Positions 30,909 through 41,153 of a stretch of 64,000 nucleotides of DNA are shown here, one piece after another. Origin of the DNA: Candidatus Woykebacteria bacterium (GTDB lineage Bacteria; Patescibacteriota; Microgenomatia; Woykebacterales; RBG-16-39-9b); the NCBI GenBank assembly GCA_040876265.1, contig JBBDPN010000001.1, positions 246,208-310,207 of the forward strand, in the 5' to 3' direction. Position 1 is the first letter of the stretch. Each line of letters opens with the position of its first letter. The notes below the pieces were generated by a model. The model was not told where the DNA came from. It was given only the letters and a program-made list of their open reading frames with translations, and searched no databases. The position numbers and the translations under genes were made by a program.

Positions 30909-31580
30909 GTGTCGACTCTGTACCTAGTTTCAACACCAATTGGAAATATGGGCGATATCACTCTAAGGGCTTTGGACATTCTATCGGAGGTAGATTTGAT
31001 TTTGGCTGAAGACACAAGGAAAACAGGGCAACTATTATCTAAACACAGTATTAAAAAACGGCTCGAGTCTTTTCATGAACATAACGAAGAGATAAAAATT
31101 GACTCTATTCTCACCAAATTAAAATCCAAACAAGATATTGCTCTTGTTTCTGACGCTGGCACTCCCCTCATATCAGATCCCGGGTATAAACTAATCCGGG
31201 AAGCGATAAAAATAGGTATAAAAATCGTGTCTGTACCAGGCGCAAGTGCAGTCACCGCAGCCCTTATTGCTTCTGGTCTGCCGACTGATAAATTTATTTT
31301 TTTAGGGTATTTCCCAAAAAAGAAATCAAAACAGGAACAGACTCTTAAACTTTTACAGAGCTTGTGGAGCCAGGTACGTATCACAGCTGTTTTTTTCGAC
31401 TCTCCATTTAGAGTGCGTAAAACTTTGGATACAATAAACGCTATGTTTCCAGAAATCGATGTGGTTCTGGCCAGAGAAATAACTAAAATTCACGAGGAGT
31501 TCGTCAGAGGAAAGGTAAAAGATGTCGTCGCCAAAAATCTAAAAACCAAAGGGGAATTTACGCTACTGTTGAAGCAATAA
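30909..31580 (+). CDS. rsmI: 16S rRNA C1402 2'-O-methyltransferase
   Basis: LYLVSTPIGNMGDITLRA, VSDAGTPLISDPG, REITKIHEE. Confidence 0.96.
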   Translation: MSTLYLVSTPIGNMGDITLRALDILSEVDLILAEDTRKTGQLLSKHSIKKRLESFHEHNEEIKIDSILTKLKSKQDIALVSDAGTPLISDPGYKLIREAIKIGIKIVSVPGASAVTAALIASGLPTDKFIFLGYFPKKKSKQEQTLKLLQSLWSQVRITAVFFDSPFRVRKTLDTINAMFPEIDVVLAREITKIHEEFVRGKVKDVVAKNLKTKGEFTLLLKQ

Positions 31581-31593
31581 ATTTCGGTTGCAA

Positions 31594-32859
31594 TTAGTAG
31601 TTGGCTCCAGCTATTTCCCTCTCAATTTCGAGCAAACGATCGTACTTTACTTTCCTTTCTTTTTTTAACGGCGAGCCTATTTTAATATGATCAGCGTTTA
31701 TCGCTACAGCTAAGTCACAAATGAACGTATCATCTGTTTCCCCGCTTCTGTGGGAAACAGCTGTTTTCAACCCAGCTTGTTTTGCCACTGTAATAAAATT
31801 TAGAGTTTCCGATAAAGTACCGATTTGGTTAGGTTTAATGACCACCCCAGTTACTGACTTTCGCGAAATAGCGATCTCCAATCGAGCCGTGTTTGTGGTC
31901 GTCAGGTCATCACCGATAACAAGAGTTTCGGGCGATAAATGTTTTGTCAATCGAGACCATCCATCCCAATCGTCATCTACGACAGGATCCTCAATTGAAT
32001 ACAATTTATATTTCTTGCTTATTTTTTCAACAAAATCAAGGTACTCATCCTTTCCAACGGCTTGTGTAAAATCTTGCGTTTGGTAACCACTTTTCCCGAA
32101 AATATTTGTTGCGGCGATATCCAGGCCAAAGCCAAAACCTTCTTTATACAATTTTACCTCATCTATTGCCGCTTCTATCAACTCTATAGCGTCGGTATTT
32201 TTGCGAAGGTGGGCAGCAAAACCTCCCTCCATACCCAAGGAGTGATTTAGACGCTTTTGCTTGATCTTTTCCCGCAAGCTATCGATTAATTTTTTTATGT
32301 TCGTATAGCCTTCACTGAAAAATCTAAATCCTTTTGGTAGCACAAGAAATTCTTGGAAATCCAACCCGTGAGTGACGTGCTGCCCGCCCTCAATTACGTT
32401 CGCCATTAAAAGCGGGAGGTCGAACACCTTATTTGGATCGTTTAAAATGTTTTTCCGGATGTGGCGATATAGAGGAATCTGTTGATTATTTGCTTGCGCG
32501 ACAGCGTTGGCCAGCGAAACTGACAACATCGCATTTGCCCCGAGCCTCATTTTCTTTTCTGTCCCGTCCAATTCAATAAGGGATTTATCAACTCTTTTTT
32601 GATCGGAAGCCTCTAAACCGCGCACAGATTGAAGTATGACCCCTTGTATATTAGCAACTGCCTTTTGGACTCCAAGACCGGAGTAATGCTTCGGATCGCG
32701 ATCACGCAACTCGTATGCTTCATGAGCCCCAGTAGAAGTTCCTGAAGGAACAGAAGTCTCACCAATCGCACCTCCTTGGAGAAAGACGGAGGTCTTTAAA
32801 GTAGGAACACCTCGACTATCTATTATTTCCTCGCTTTTTATATTCTCAATCCGGGCCAT
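31594..32859 (-). CDS. eno: Enolase (start reassigned to ATG 32859)
   Basis: IIDSRGVPT, PSGTSTG..EA.ELRD, IKPNQIG, SHRSGET. Confidence 0.95.
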   Translation of the reverse strand: MARIENIKSEEIIDSRGVPTLKTSVFLQGGAIGETSVPSGTSTGAHEAYELRDRDPKHYSGLGVQKAVANIQGVILQSVRGLEASDQKRVDKSLIELDGTEKKMRLGANAMLSVSLANAVAQANNQQIPLYRHIRKNILNDPNKVFDLPLLMANVIEGGQHVTHGLDFQEFLVLPKGFRFFSEGYTNIKKLIDSLREKIKQKRLNHSLGMEGGFAAHLRKNTDAIELIEAAIDEVKLYKEGFGFGLDIAATNIFGKSGYQTQDFTQAVGKDEYLDFVEKISKKYKLYSIEDPVVDDDWDGWSRLTKHLSPETLVIGDDLTTTNTARLEIAISRKSVTGVVIKPNQIGTLSETLNFITVAKQAGLKTAVSHRSGETDDTFICDLAVAINADHIKIGSPLKKERKVKYDRLLEIEREIAGANY

Positions 32860-32963
32860 TAATTTTATCTTAGCCGCTAGCGCGAACATTTTACAAGTGT
32901 AACTAAAACTTCTCAGAAAGACCCCTAGACAGTACTTGAAGTCTTTGTTAATATATTTCATTC

Positions 32964-33329
32964 ATGAAAATTTCGCACAAGGCTAAAGCCTTAGTAATTT
33001 CTTGTATAGATTTTCGATTTGTAAGTAAGGTGAGAGACTTTCTAGTGGAAAAAGGGTTAAAGAATAGCTATGATTTAATTACCGTGCCTGGAGCTTCTTT
33101 AGCGCTTGATAGCATAGCGGCTAATATTTTAACCTCATTGGAGCTCCACGATCCAGATGAAATCCACATATTCGATCATGAAGAATGTGGGGCCTACGGA
33201 AAAAGCAATTCGAAAAAGGCCCACGTTGGTAATTTGAAGAGAGCACAACAAATACTCTCACAAGGCAGCCCAGGTAAAAAAATTAAAACCTATATTGCCG
33301 GTTTCGAAAATATCGAGGAGATAAATTAA
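32964..33329 (+). CDS. Small beta-class-like carbonic anhydrase
   Basis: C-I-D-F-R and H-E-E-C-G-A-Y Zn-ligand motifs. Confidence 0.75.
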   Translation: MKISHKAKALVISCIDFRFVSKVRDFLVEKGLKNSYDLITVPGASLALDSIAANILTSLELHDPDEIHIFDHEECGAYGKSNSKKAHVGNLKRAQQILSQGSPGKKIKTYIAGFENIEEIN

Positions 33330-34070
33330 ATGGAAGTTACCCTTTTCGCTGAGAAATTACTTAGTATTGGTCCTGTCCCAATAACAAATACTCTTTTGAC
33401 TACAGTAATTACTACTTCCATATTAGCTTTTTTTGCGGTCGCTGTATCTGGCAAAGTGTCACTGTTGCCAACCAGCAAGCTTCAGCTATTTTCAGAAATT
33501 ATAATTGAGTTTATTTTTAATACAATTGAAGGCCTGTCCGACAGAACCCGGGCCTACAGATTTTTTCCAACCGTGGCGACTTTTTTTCTTTTTATCATCC
33601 TCGCAAACTATTTGGGTCTTTTCCCTGGGTTTAACACGATAGGTATCCGTGAGATCCATCACGGTAAGGAGGTGCTCGTTCCAATTCTACGTAGTATCAA
33701 CAGCGATTTAAACGTCACCCTGGCCTTGGCTCTAATATCCGTTGGTATGACTCACTACTACTCAATCTCGGCTCTAGGCCCTGTAAATTACCTAAAACGT
33801 TACTTTAGTTTAAATCCAGTTAATCTGTTTGTTGGTTTGCTGGAAATAATTGCTGAAATTACGAAAATTATTTCCCTATCTTTTCGTTTATTTGGTAATA
33901 TTTTTGCCGGCGAGACGCTACTGGTAACCATATCAGCACTTTTCGCCTTTGTACTACCACTACCATTCTTGTTTTTGGAAATAATTGTTGGTTTTGTGCA
34001 GGCGGCTATTTTTATGATGCTTACATTAGTATTTATGGTGATCCTGACGGAAAAGTCAGCCAGCCACTAA
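33330..34070 (+). CDS. atpB: ATP synthase Fo subunit a
   Basis: SLSFRLFGNIFAGE, GFVQAAIF. Confidence 0.96.
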   Translation: MEVTLFAEKLLSIGPVPITNTLLTTVITTSILAFFAVAVSGKVSLLPTSKLQLFSEIIIEFIFNTIEGLSDRTRAYRFFPTVATFFLFIILANYLGLFPGFNTIGIREIHHGKEVLVPILRSINSDLNVTLALALISVGMTHYYSISALGPVNYLKRYFSLNPVNLFVGLLEIIAEITKIISLSFRLFGNIFAGETLLVTISALFAFVLPLPFLFLEIIVGFVQAAIFMMLTLVFMVILTEKSASH

Positions 34071-34086
34071 GAGAGGAGGTGTATTT

Positions 34087-34293
34087 ATGGAATTTTCAGT
34101 TACTGGTGGTCTAATAGTTGCTCTTGGGGGTGCTACCCCAGCCTTGGCGGTTGGTCTCATCGGAGCTAAGGCGATGGAAGCGATTGGAAGAAATCCCGAA
34201 GCCCAGGCGAAAGTACTACCGGCCATGCTTTTGGGAATGGCGTTTGCAGAGGCAATCGCAATCTACGCATTAGTTCTAGCATTTACTGGCTAA
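34087..34293 (+). CDS. atpE: ATP synthase Fo subunit c
   Basis: IGRNPEA, FAEAIAIY. Confidence 0.96.
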   Translation: MEFSVTGGLIVALGGATPALAVGLIGAKAMEAIGRNPEAQAKVLPAMLLGMAFAEAIAIYALVLAFTG

Positions 34294-34294
34294 A

Positions 34295-34798
34295 ATGGAA
34301 ATTTTGAAGAGTTTTGGTGTGGAGCCAATTTTACTTTTGGCTCAAATAGTAAATTTTGTAATACTCTTGTTTTTATTGCAACGGTTTCTTTACAAACCAA
34401 TACTTAAAGTTTTGGAGGAAAGACGGAAAAAAATTGAAGCCTCGATAAAGCAAGCTGAGGATATTGAAAAACGTTACGAAGAAAGTTCTAAAAAACAGGC
34501 AGAAATACTGATCAAAGCTCGCGGGGAAGCTGCCGAGATAGTGGATAGCGCTAAAAAGGAGGCTAAATCTCTATCAGAACAAATGCAGGCTGAAGCCAAA
34601 AAGTCAATTGATGAAACCATAAAACGTACCCAAGAATCTTTGACACTAGAGAAGCAAAAAATCATCGCCGAAGCCCGCAGCAATATTGTTGATTTAGTCG
34701 CTACCGCCACCCAGAAAGTAGTGTCCAAGACTCTTAAAGGAGTTGAAAAAGAGAAATTAATAAAAGAGGCTGTGCAAGAGGTAGGACATGAAAATTAA
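34295..34798 (+). CDS. atpF: ATP synthase Fo subunit b
   Basis: AQIVNF..L..LL..FLYKP...LEERRKKI. Confidence 0.95.
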   Translation: MEILKSFGVEPILLLAQIVNFVILLFLLQRFLYKPILKVLEERRKKIEASIKQAEDIEKRYEESSKKQAEILIKARGEAAEIVDSAKKEAKSLSEQMQAEAKKSIDETIKRTQESLTLEKQKIIAEARSNIVDLVATATQKVVSKTLKGVEKEKLIKEAVQEVGHEN

Positions 34799-35189
34799 TA
34801 AAAAAGAAGTTGCGCAAAGGGCCAAACAGCTTTACTCTACCAGTTTCGTTAGGGAAGAATTAGATATAAAAAAAATCAGGGAAAATATAAATATGGTGAA
34901 AAAAACTTTCAAAAGCAGGGCTCTGGAGGTATTAAAACAATATTTATATTTAATAAAAAAACACTTAAACAACGATACTCTGGTGATAGAGTCTGCCCAA
35001 AAGCTACCGACAACTTTCTTGAAGCAAATAGAGAAACATTACTCAAAGAAAGCTGGACGAAAGATAAAAATTGAAACAGATGTTAACCCCGAGATTATCG
35101 GCGGTTTAAGATTACGTCTGGGAAATAATGAGTGGGATTACTCTACTATTGGCCGAATTAATCAATTAAAGGAGGCGTTGCGTGGCTGA
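34788..35189 (+). CDS. atpH: ATP synthase delta subunit (short form)
   Basis: Operon position; [14 protein letters not shown]...DYS. Confidence 0.85.
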   Translation: MKINKKEVAQRAKQLYSTSFVREELDIKKIRENINMVKKTFKSRALEVLKQYLYLIKKHLNNDTLVIESAQKLPTTFLKQIEKHYSKKAGRKIKIETDVNPEIIGGLRLRLGNNEWDYSTIGRINQLKEALRG

Positions 35190-36699
35190 TATCGTGCAGG
35201 AGCTAACAAGAGAAATAGAAAAAATTAAAATTAGTCCAGGACAAAAAAACATTGGCGTAGTAACCGAAATCGGTGATGGGGTCGCCCGTATCGAAGGTCT
35301 TTCAGATGTTGCCTACAACGAACTTGTCCAGTTACCTAAGGGCCTGTACGGACTGGCTCTAAACTTGGAGGAAAATGGCGTTGGTATTATCATCTTTGGC
35401 GACTACAAACTGATAAAGGAAGGCGATAGCGCAAAAACTACAGGCAAAATTCTTTCTGTTCCAGTTGGTGAGAAGCTCCTAGGTAGGACAGTGGATGCAT
35501 TAGGCTCCCCGAAAGATGGTCACGGATCGATTGCTTCTACAAAAACCTACCCAATCGAAAAGATAGCTCCAGGGGTCATAACCCGCCAATCAGTAAACAC
35601 CCCTTTGCAAACAGGGTTAAAAGCAATCGACTCGATGATTCCAATCGGCCGTGGTCAGCGAGAACTAATTATTGGTGATCGCGGACTTGGGAAAACAGCA
35701 ATTACCCTTGATACCATTATTAATCAAAAAGCTTCTGGCGTAATTTGCATTTACGTTGCCATTGGTCAAAAAACCTCAAAGATTGCCCAAGTAATAGGCA
35801 CTTTAGAAAAACACGGCGCTATGAAGCACACGGTTATAGTTTCTGCCAGCGCTGATGATACTGCTGCTATGCAGTTTGTAGCTCCATACGCTGGCTGTAG
35901 CATTGGTGAGTATTTCATGGACGCAGGCAAAGATGCTCTTGTGATTTACGATGATCTTTCTAAACACGCCTGGGCCTACCGACAACTATCGCTAACTTTG
36001 CGGCGGCCGTCGGGCCGAGAGGCCTACCCCGGTGATATTTTTTATCTTCACAGCCGTCTCCTAGAGAGAGCAGCAAGACTTAATAAGGATTACGGTGGAG
36101 GCTCACTTACCGCTCTACCCATCATCGAAACTCAAGCAGGAGATGTTTCCGCCTACATACCAACCAACGTTATTTCAATCACAGACGGGCAAATTTATCT
36201 TGAAAGCGATCTCTTTTTTGCTGGTACCAGACCAGCGGTAAACGTTGGTTTATCTGTATCCAGAGTTGGCGGTGCCGCCCAAATAAAGGCAATGAAAGCT
36301 GTAGCAGGCAGTTTAAGACTCGATCTGGCTCAATATCGAGAGCTGGCTTCTTTTGCCCAGTTTGGTAGCGACCTCGATGAAGCGACCCGAAATAGACTCG
36401 AACGTGGTAAAAGAATTGTTGAAGTCCTCAAACAACCTCAATACGTCCCCATGCCAGTGGAGCAACAAATTGTCATCATCTGGGCAGCTACAAAGGGACT
36501 TTTGGATGATATACCAGTTGAAAATATCGAGGAATTCGAGGAAAAATTTATCGATTTCCTCAAAACAAGAAAGGAAAAACTACTCTCACAAATAGCTAAA
36601 GAAAAAATGCTCGATGAAAAAACATCTAGAGAAATTGAAAAAACAATCGTAGAGTTCAGAAAAAATGTTAAGTTCACAGTAAGAAGTAAGGAAGCTTAA
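35182..36699 (+). CDS. atpA: ATP synthase F1 alpha
   Basis: [35 protein letters not shown]. Confidence 0.98.
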   Translation: MADIVQELTREIEKIKISPGQKNIGVVTEIGDGVARIEGLSDVAYNELVQLPKGLYGLALNLEENGVGIIIFGDYKLIKEGDSAKTTGKILSVPVGEKLLGRTVDALGSPKDGHGSIASTKTYPIEKIAPGVITRQSVNTPLQTGLKAIDSMIPIGRGQRELIIGDRGLGKTAITLDTIINQKASGVICIYVAIGQKTSKIAQVIGTLEKHGAMKHTVIVSASADDTAAMQFVAPYAGCSIGEYFMDAGKDALVIYDDLSKHAWAYRQLSLTLRRPSGREAYPGDIFYLHSRLLERAARLNKDYGGGSLTALPIIETQAGDVSAYIPTNVISITDGQIYLESDLFFAGTRPAVNVGLSVSRVGGAAQIKAMKAVAGSLRLDLAQYRELASFAQFGSDLDEATRNRLERGKRIVEVLKQPQYVPMPVEQQIVIIWAATKGLLDDIPVENIEEFEEKFIDFLKTRKEKLLSQIAKEKMLDEKTSREIEKTIVEFRKNVKFTVRSKEA

Positions 36700-36702
36700 T
36701 CT

Positions 36703-37563
36703 ATGGCCAGTTTAAGAGAAATCAAAAGAAGAATAGGCTCTGTTCAAAATACAGCCAAAATCACTCACGCGATGGAGCTTGTTGCTGCTGCCAAGATGAA
36801 GCGGGCTCAGGATCTAGCCAACTCGGGTAAACCTTATTCTCAACTGGTTAACGGTCTTATCCGCTCTATCGCCAATTCGATCGACCCCTCAGCACATCCT
36901 CTACTTACGCAAAACGAAGGACCAAAAAGTTTAATTTTGGTATTTTCAACTGATCGAGGTCTGGCCGGCCCCTTGAACAGCAATTTATTTCGAGAAATCG
37001 AAAAATTCAGCACGGATGTGAGATACGTCAGCCTGGGGAAAAAATCTCGCCAGTTCCTAGTTAAAACTGGTCGAGAATTGGTTGCGGATTTTACACTCAC
37101 CGAAAGGCCAGATCTAGCTTCTTGCCGACCTGTATCCAAATTGCTAATTGACGGGTTTCTAAATGGAGACTTTGATCAGGCGCATGTACTATACACGGAA
37201 TTTATATCTACCTTGCGCCAAGTAGCTGCTGTAAAACAACTTTTGCCGATCATAGATAAAGAAATTTTGGAAGAATTGATAAAGGAGGCCGAAGAGGACT
37301 TTCGTTTGGAGCCCCTATTTGAACCGGGCGCTGATACAGTCTTGGCAGAAATACTTCCTCAGTATATTTTGATGGAAGTTTACCAAATCATGCTTGAAAC
37401 CAAAGCCAGTGAACACTCTGCCCGAATGGTTTCGATGAAAAATGCAACCGATGCTGCTGATGAACTATCTGAGGATCTAACTCTCGCTTATAACGGCTTG
37501 AGGCAAGAAGCAATTACAAAAGAAATACTTGATATTAGCACTGCCGCAATTGCACTAGAATGA
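36703..37563 (+). CDS. atpG: ATP synthase F1 gamma
   Basis: KITHAMELVAAAK, SEHSARM.SM..ATD, RQEAITKE. Confidence 0.97.
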   Translation: MASLREIKRRIGSVQNTAKITHAMELVAAAKMKRAQDLANSGKPYSQLVNGLIRSIANSIDPSAHPLLTQNEGPKSLILVFSTDRGLAGPLNSNLFREIEKFSTDVRYVSLGKKSRQFLVKTGRELVADFTLTERPDLASCRPVSKLLIDGFLNGDFDQAHVLYTEFISTLRQVAAVKQLLPIIDKEILEELIKEAEEDFRLEPLFEPGADTVLAEILPQYILMEVYQIMLETKASEHSARMVSMKNATDAADELSEDLTLAYNGLRQEAITKEILDISTAAIALE

Positions 37564-37629
37564 GGAAGTTATAACTAATGAATAAAGGAAAAATTTTACA
37601 GATTGTAGCCTGCTTATCGCACGATGTAA

Positions 37630-39021
<1,392 letters not shown>

Positions 39022-39026
39022 TTTGA

Positions 39027-39431
39027 ATGAAAATTGAAATTGTAACACCAGAGAAAATCGCTTATTCTGATGAAGCTGATCTGATCAGCTTACCCACCCC
39101 TGAGGGCGAAATTACAGTACTACCCGGACACGTTTCGCTGGTTACGCAACTTCTCCCTGGAGAAATCACCGCAAAAAGAGGTTCGCAATACATTATTTTG
39201 GCTAGTGGGGGTGGTTTTGCCAAAATATCTAAGGACAAGGTGTCGGTCGTGACAGATCTGGCTCAGCGACCGGAAGAAATAGATGAGAGAGCTGCTGAAG
39301 AGGCTAGAAAACGGGCTGAAGAAGCTCTTACAGAAAGAGAGAGACTTTCAGAAGAAGAATTTGCTCTTGTTGCTGCCAGTTTGCAGAAAGCCTTGGCACA
39401 GCTACGGGTAAAGAGGCGACATAGGCACTAA
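39027..39431 (+). CDS. atpC: ATP synthase F1 epsilon
   Basis: IVTPEK, GEITVLPGH, SGGGF. Confidence 0.95.
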   Translation: MKIEIVTPEKIAYSDEADLISLPTPEGEITVLPGHVSLVTQLLPGEITAKRGSQYIILASGGGFAKISKDKVSVVTDLAQRPEEIDERAAEEARKRAEEALTERERLSEEEFALVAASLQKALAQLRVKRRHRH

Positions 39432-39432
39432 G

Positions 39433-39759
39433 TTAATCACTATTTGCAAGCTCTGTTTCAATAAGAGACTGGGATCCCCCTAGTTGTATTACACCCTGGT
39501 GTTTCTTACCGTTAATAAAAAACGTTGGTGTAGCCGTAACCCCCAGTTTACTCTCCTCGTCCATGTCCAGGAAAACTTTATCCTTAAACTTACTTGATTT
39601 TAAGGTCGTCTCAAGCTTGTCCATATCTAGACCTAATTCCTTTGCGTACCTTATTAGATGTTCTTCTTGTAAGTTCTTTTGATTGGCAAATAAAATATCG
39701 TGGTATCCCCAAAATTTACCTTGCTCAACGGCCGCCTCAGCAGCTTTTTTAGAAAGGGG
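39433..39759 (-). pseudogene. 5'-truncated DsbA/thioredoxin-fold oxidoreductase remnant
   Basis: In-frame PLSKKAAEAAVEQGKFWGYHDILFANQ...LGVTATPTFFING; no CxxC and no start before an upstream stop. Confidence 0.8.
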
Positions 39760-39760
39760 A

Positions 39761-40033
39761 TTATTTAGTTTGAATTATCAGTTCGGAATCTACTGCATTA
39801 GTCACTTTTTCAAGAAATTCAAGAGATGGATTGGCGTTACCAGATTCCAGTCTAGCAATAGCAGATTGTTTGGTTCCAATCTTTTTCGCAAGCTGTTCTT
39901 GGGTGACACCTTTATTTAATCTTGCCTCAATCAGTTGAGAGATGATTTGGTAGTGAGGTTTCAAACTTTTGTATTCGCCAGAAACCTTTTTATCCTGAAG
40001 TAATTCTTTTTTTAGAGTTCTCCAACTTTTCAT
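39761..40033 (-). CDS. XRE HTH antitoxin (HigA-like)
   Basis: ARLNKGVTQEQLAKKIGTKQSAIARLESG.ANPSL. Confidence 0.9.
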   Translation of the reverse strand: MKSWRTLKKELLQDKKVSGEYKSLKPHYQIISQLIEARLNKGVTQEQLAKKIGTKQSAIARLESGNANPSLEFLEKVTNAVDSELIIQTK

Positions 40034-40042
40034 AGTGAGATA

Positions 40043-40071
40043 AATATAACATATATGTTATATTAAGTCAA
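40043..40071 (-). promoter_or_regulatory. Antitoxin promoter with overlapping 22-bp perfect palindrome
   Basis: TTGACT-17-TATATT on minus strand; AATATAACATATATGTTATATT at 40043-40064. Confidence 0.75.
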
Positions 40072-40395
40072 ACTGCTTAGTCGTTTCAAAGCAATATCAA
40101 TTTCTTTCCTGGGCGTTTTTTGTTGCTTTTTAATAAATCCATGAAGCAGATAGATATCTTTTCTAATAAAACTATATAAAATTCGTACCTCTTGTTTCCC
40201 TCGCACTCTTAACTCATATAAACCTGAAGTTAATTTCTTTGAATGCGGCATCCCAAGCTGGTTACCATATTTTTCTAATAAATCGATTATGTGAATTGTT
40301 TTGGCGATAGTTGACTTATCTAAAGACGCAATGAGTTCTTCAACAGGTTTTTCATCACGAGAGGTTTCAAATAAGATAATATTCCAAGGCATCAT
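40063..40395 (-). CDS. RelE/ParE-superfamily (Gp49/HigB-like) toxin
   Basis: LGMPHSKKL..GLYELR, RILY, LLHGFIKKQQKTP. Confidence 0.9.
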   Translation of the reverse strand: MMPWNIILFETSRDEKPVEELIASLDKSTIAKTIHIIDLLEKYGNQLGMPHSKKLTSGLYELRVRGKQEVRILYSFIRKDIYLLHGFIKKQQKTPRKEIDIALKRLSSLT

Positions 40396-40570
40396 TAATT
40401 ATTTTAACAAAGTTGAAACCTTAAGAATAGTTTGATTTATCAGTGCAATTTTTGGTGAACCTTAGTTTAATGCTGACAAACGAGATTATAGATCAATTGG
40501 TGGAAACTTTCAAAGGCTGGAGTACAGTTTTCAAGGCTTACCCTCTGCAAAACTCCGCTTGCTAGCTCAC

Positions 40571-40807
40571 CTAAGTGGTAGTAATTCCATCATTCCTGGT
40601 GGCTGATCTTATTTTCTCAACTAAGTCTTCTGTCGAGGTACCAGGTCCATATTCTACATCTAAATCTTCTGCGATGGACTTCAACTTCTCCTGTGCTTCA
40701 GGACTATCGTCTTTTGCAAGGGATTGGAGATATTCAAAATCCGGTTGGCCGTGCTCATTTCGCCAATCTTCCATCTCTTCTATTTTTTTATCATTATTTT
40801 GTTGCAT
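40571..40807 (-). CDS. Hypothetical acidic small protein (likely start MQQNNDKK)
   Basis: ORF 3' part looks coding-like; TATAAT just upstream of the internal ATG. Confidence 0.55.
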   Translation of the reverse strand: MQQNNDKKIEEMEDWRNEHGQPDFEYLQSLAKDDSPEAQEKLKSIAEDLDVEYGPGTSTEDLVEKIRSATRNDGITTT

Positions 40808-41153
40808 ATTTTTTAATATTATAACACCAAAGATAGAATTCTTACTTTGATATAACGGTTGTTTTTCTTTAGGTTCAAAGTTCGAATCAACAATGGTTGT
40901 AGTCTTTTTTGGCGAAAAACAGAGGCTAAAAATCTGCAAAAATTTGGTGAGCCTGCTGCCCCTAGAATGAAACTCGCTCGAGGCTCATTTACTTAAAGTT
41001 TACCACACTTTCAGGCAATATAACGTCGCTGCCTGACCAATCGGCATTTAAGTTGAATTTTCGCAAAAGAAAAACGACCATTAATAATAACCTATAATTT
41101 TACTTATAAGAATATTTTTGGTATAATTAGCTCTAATCTGCCCAAGTAAAATT

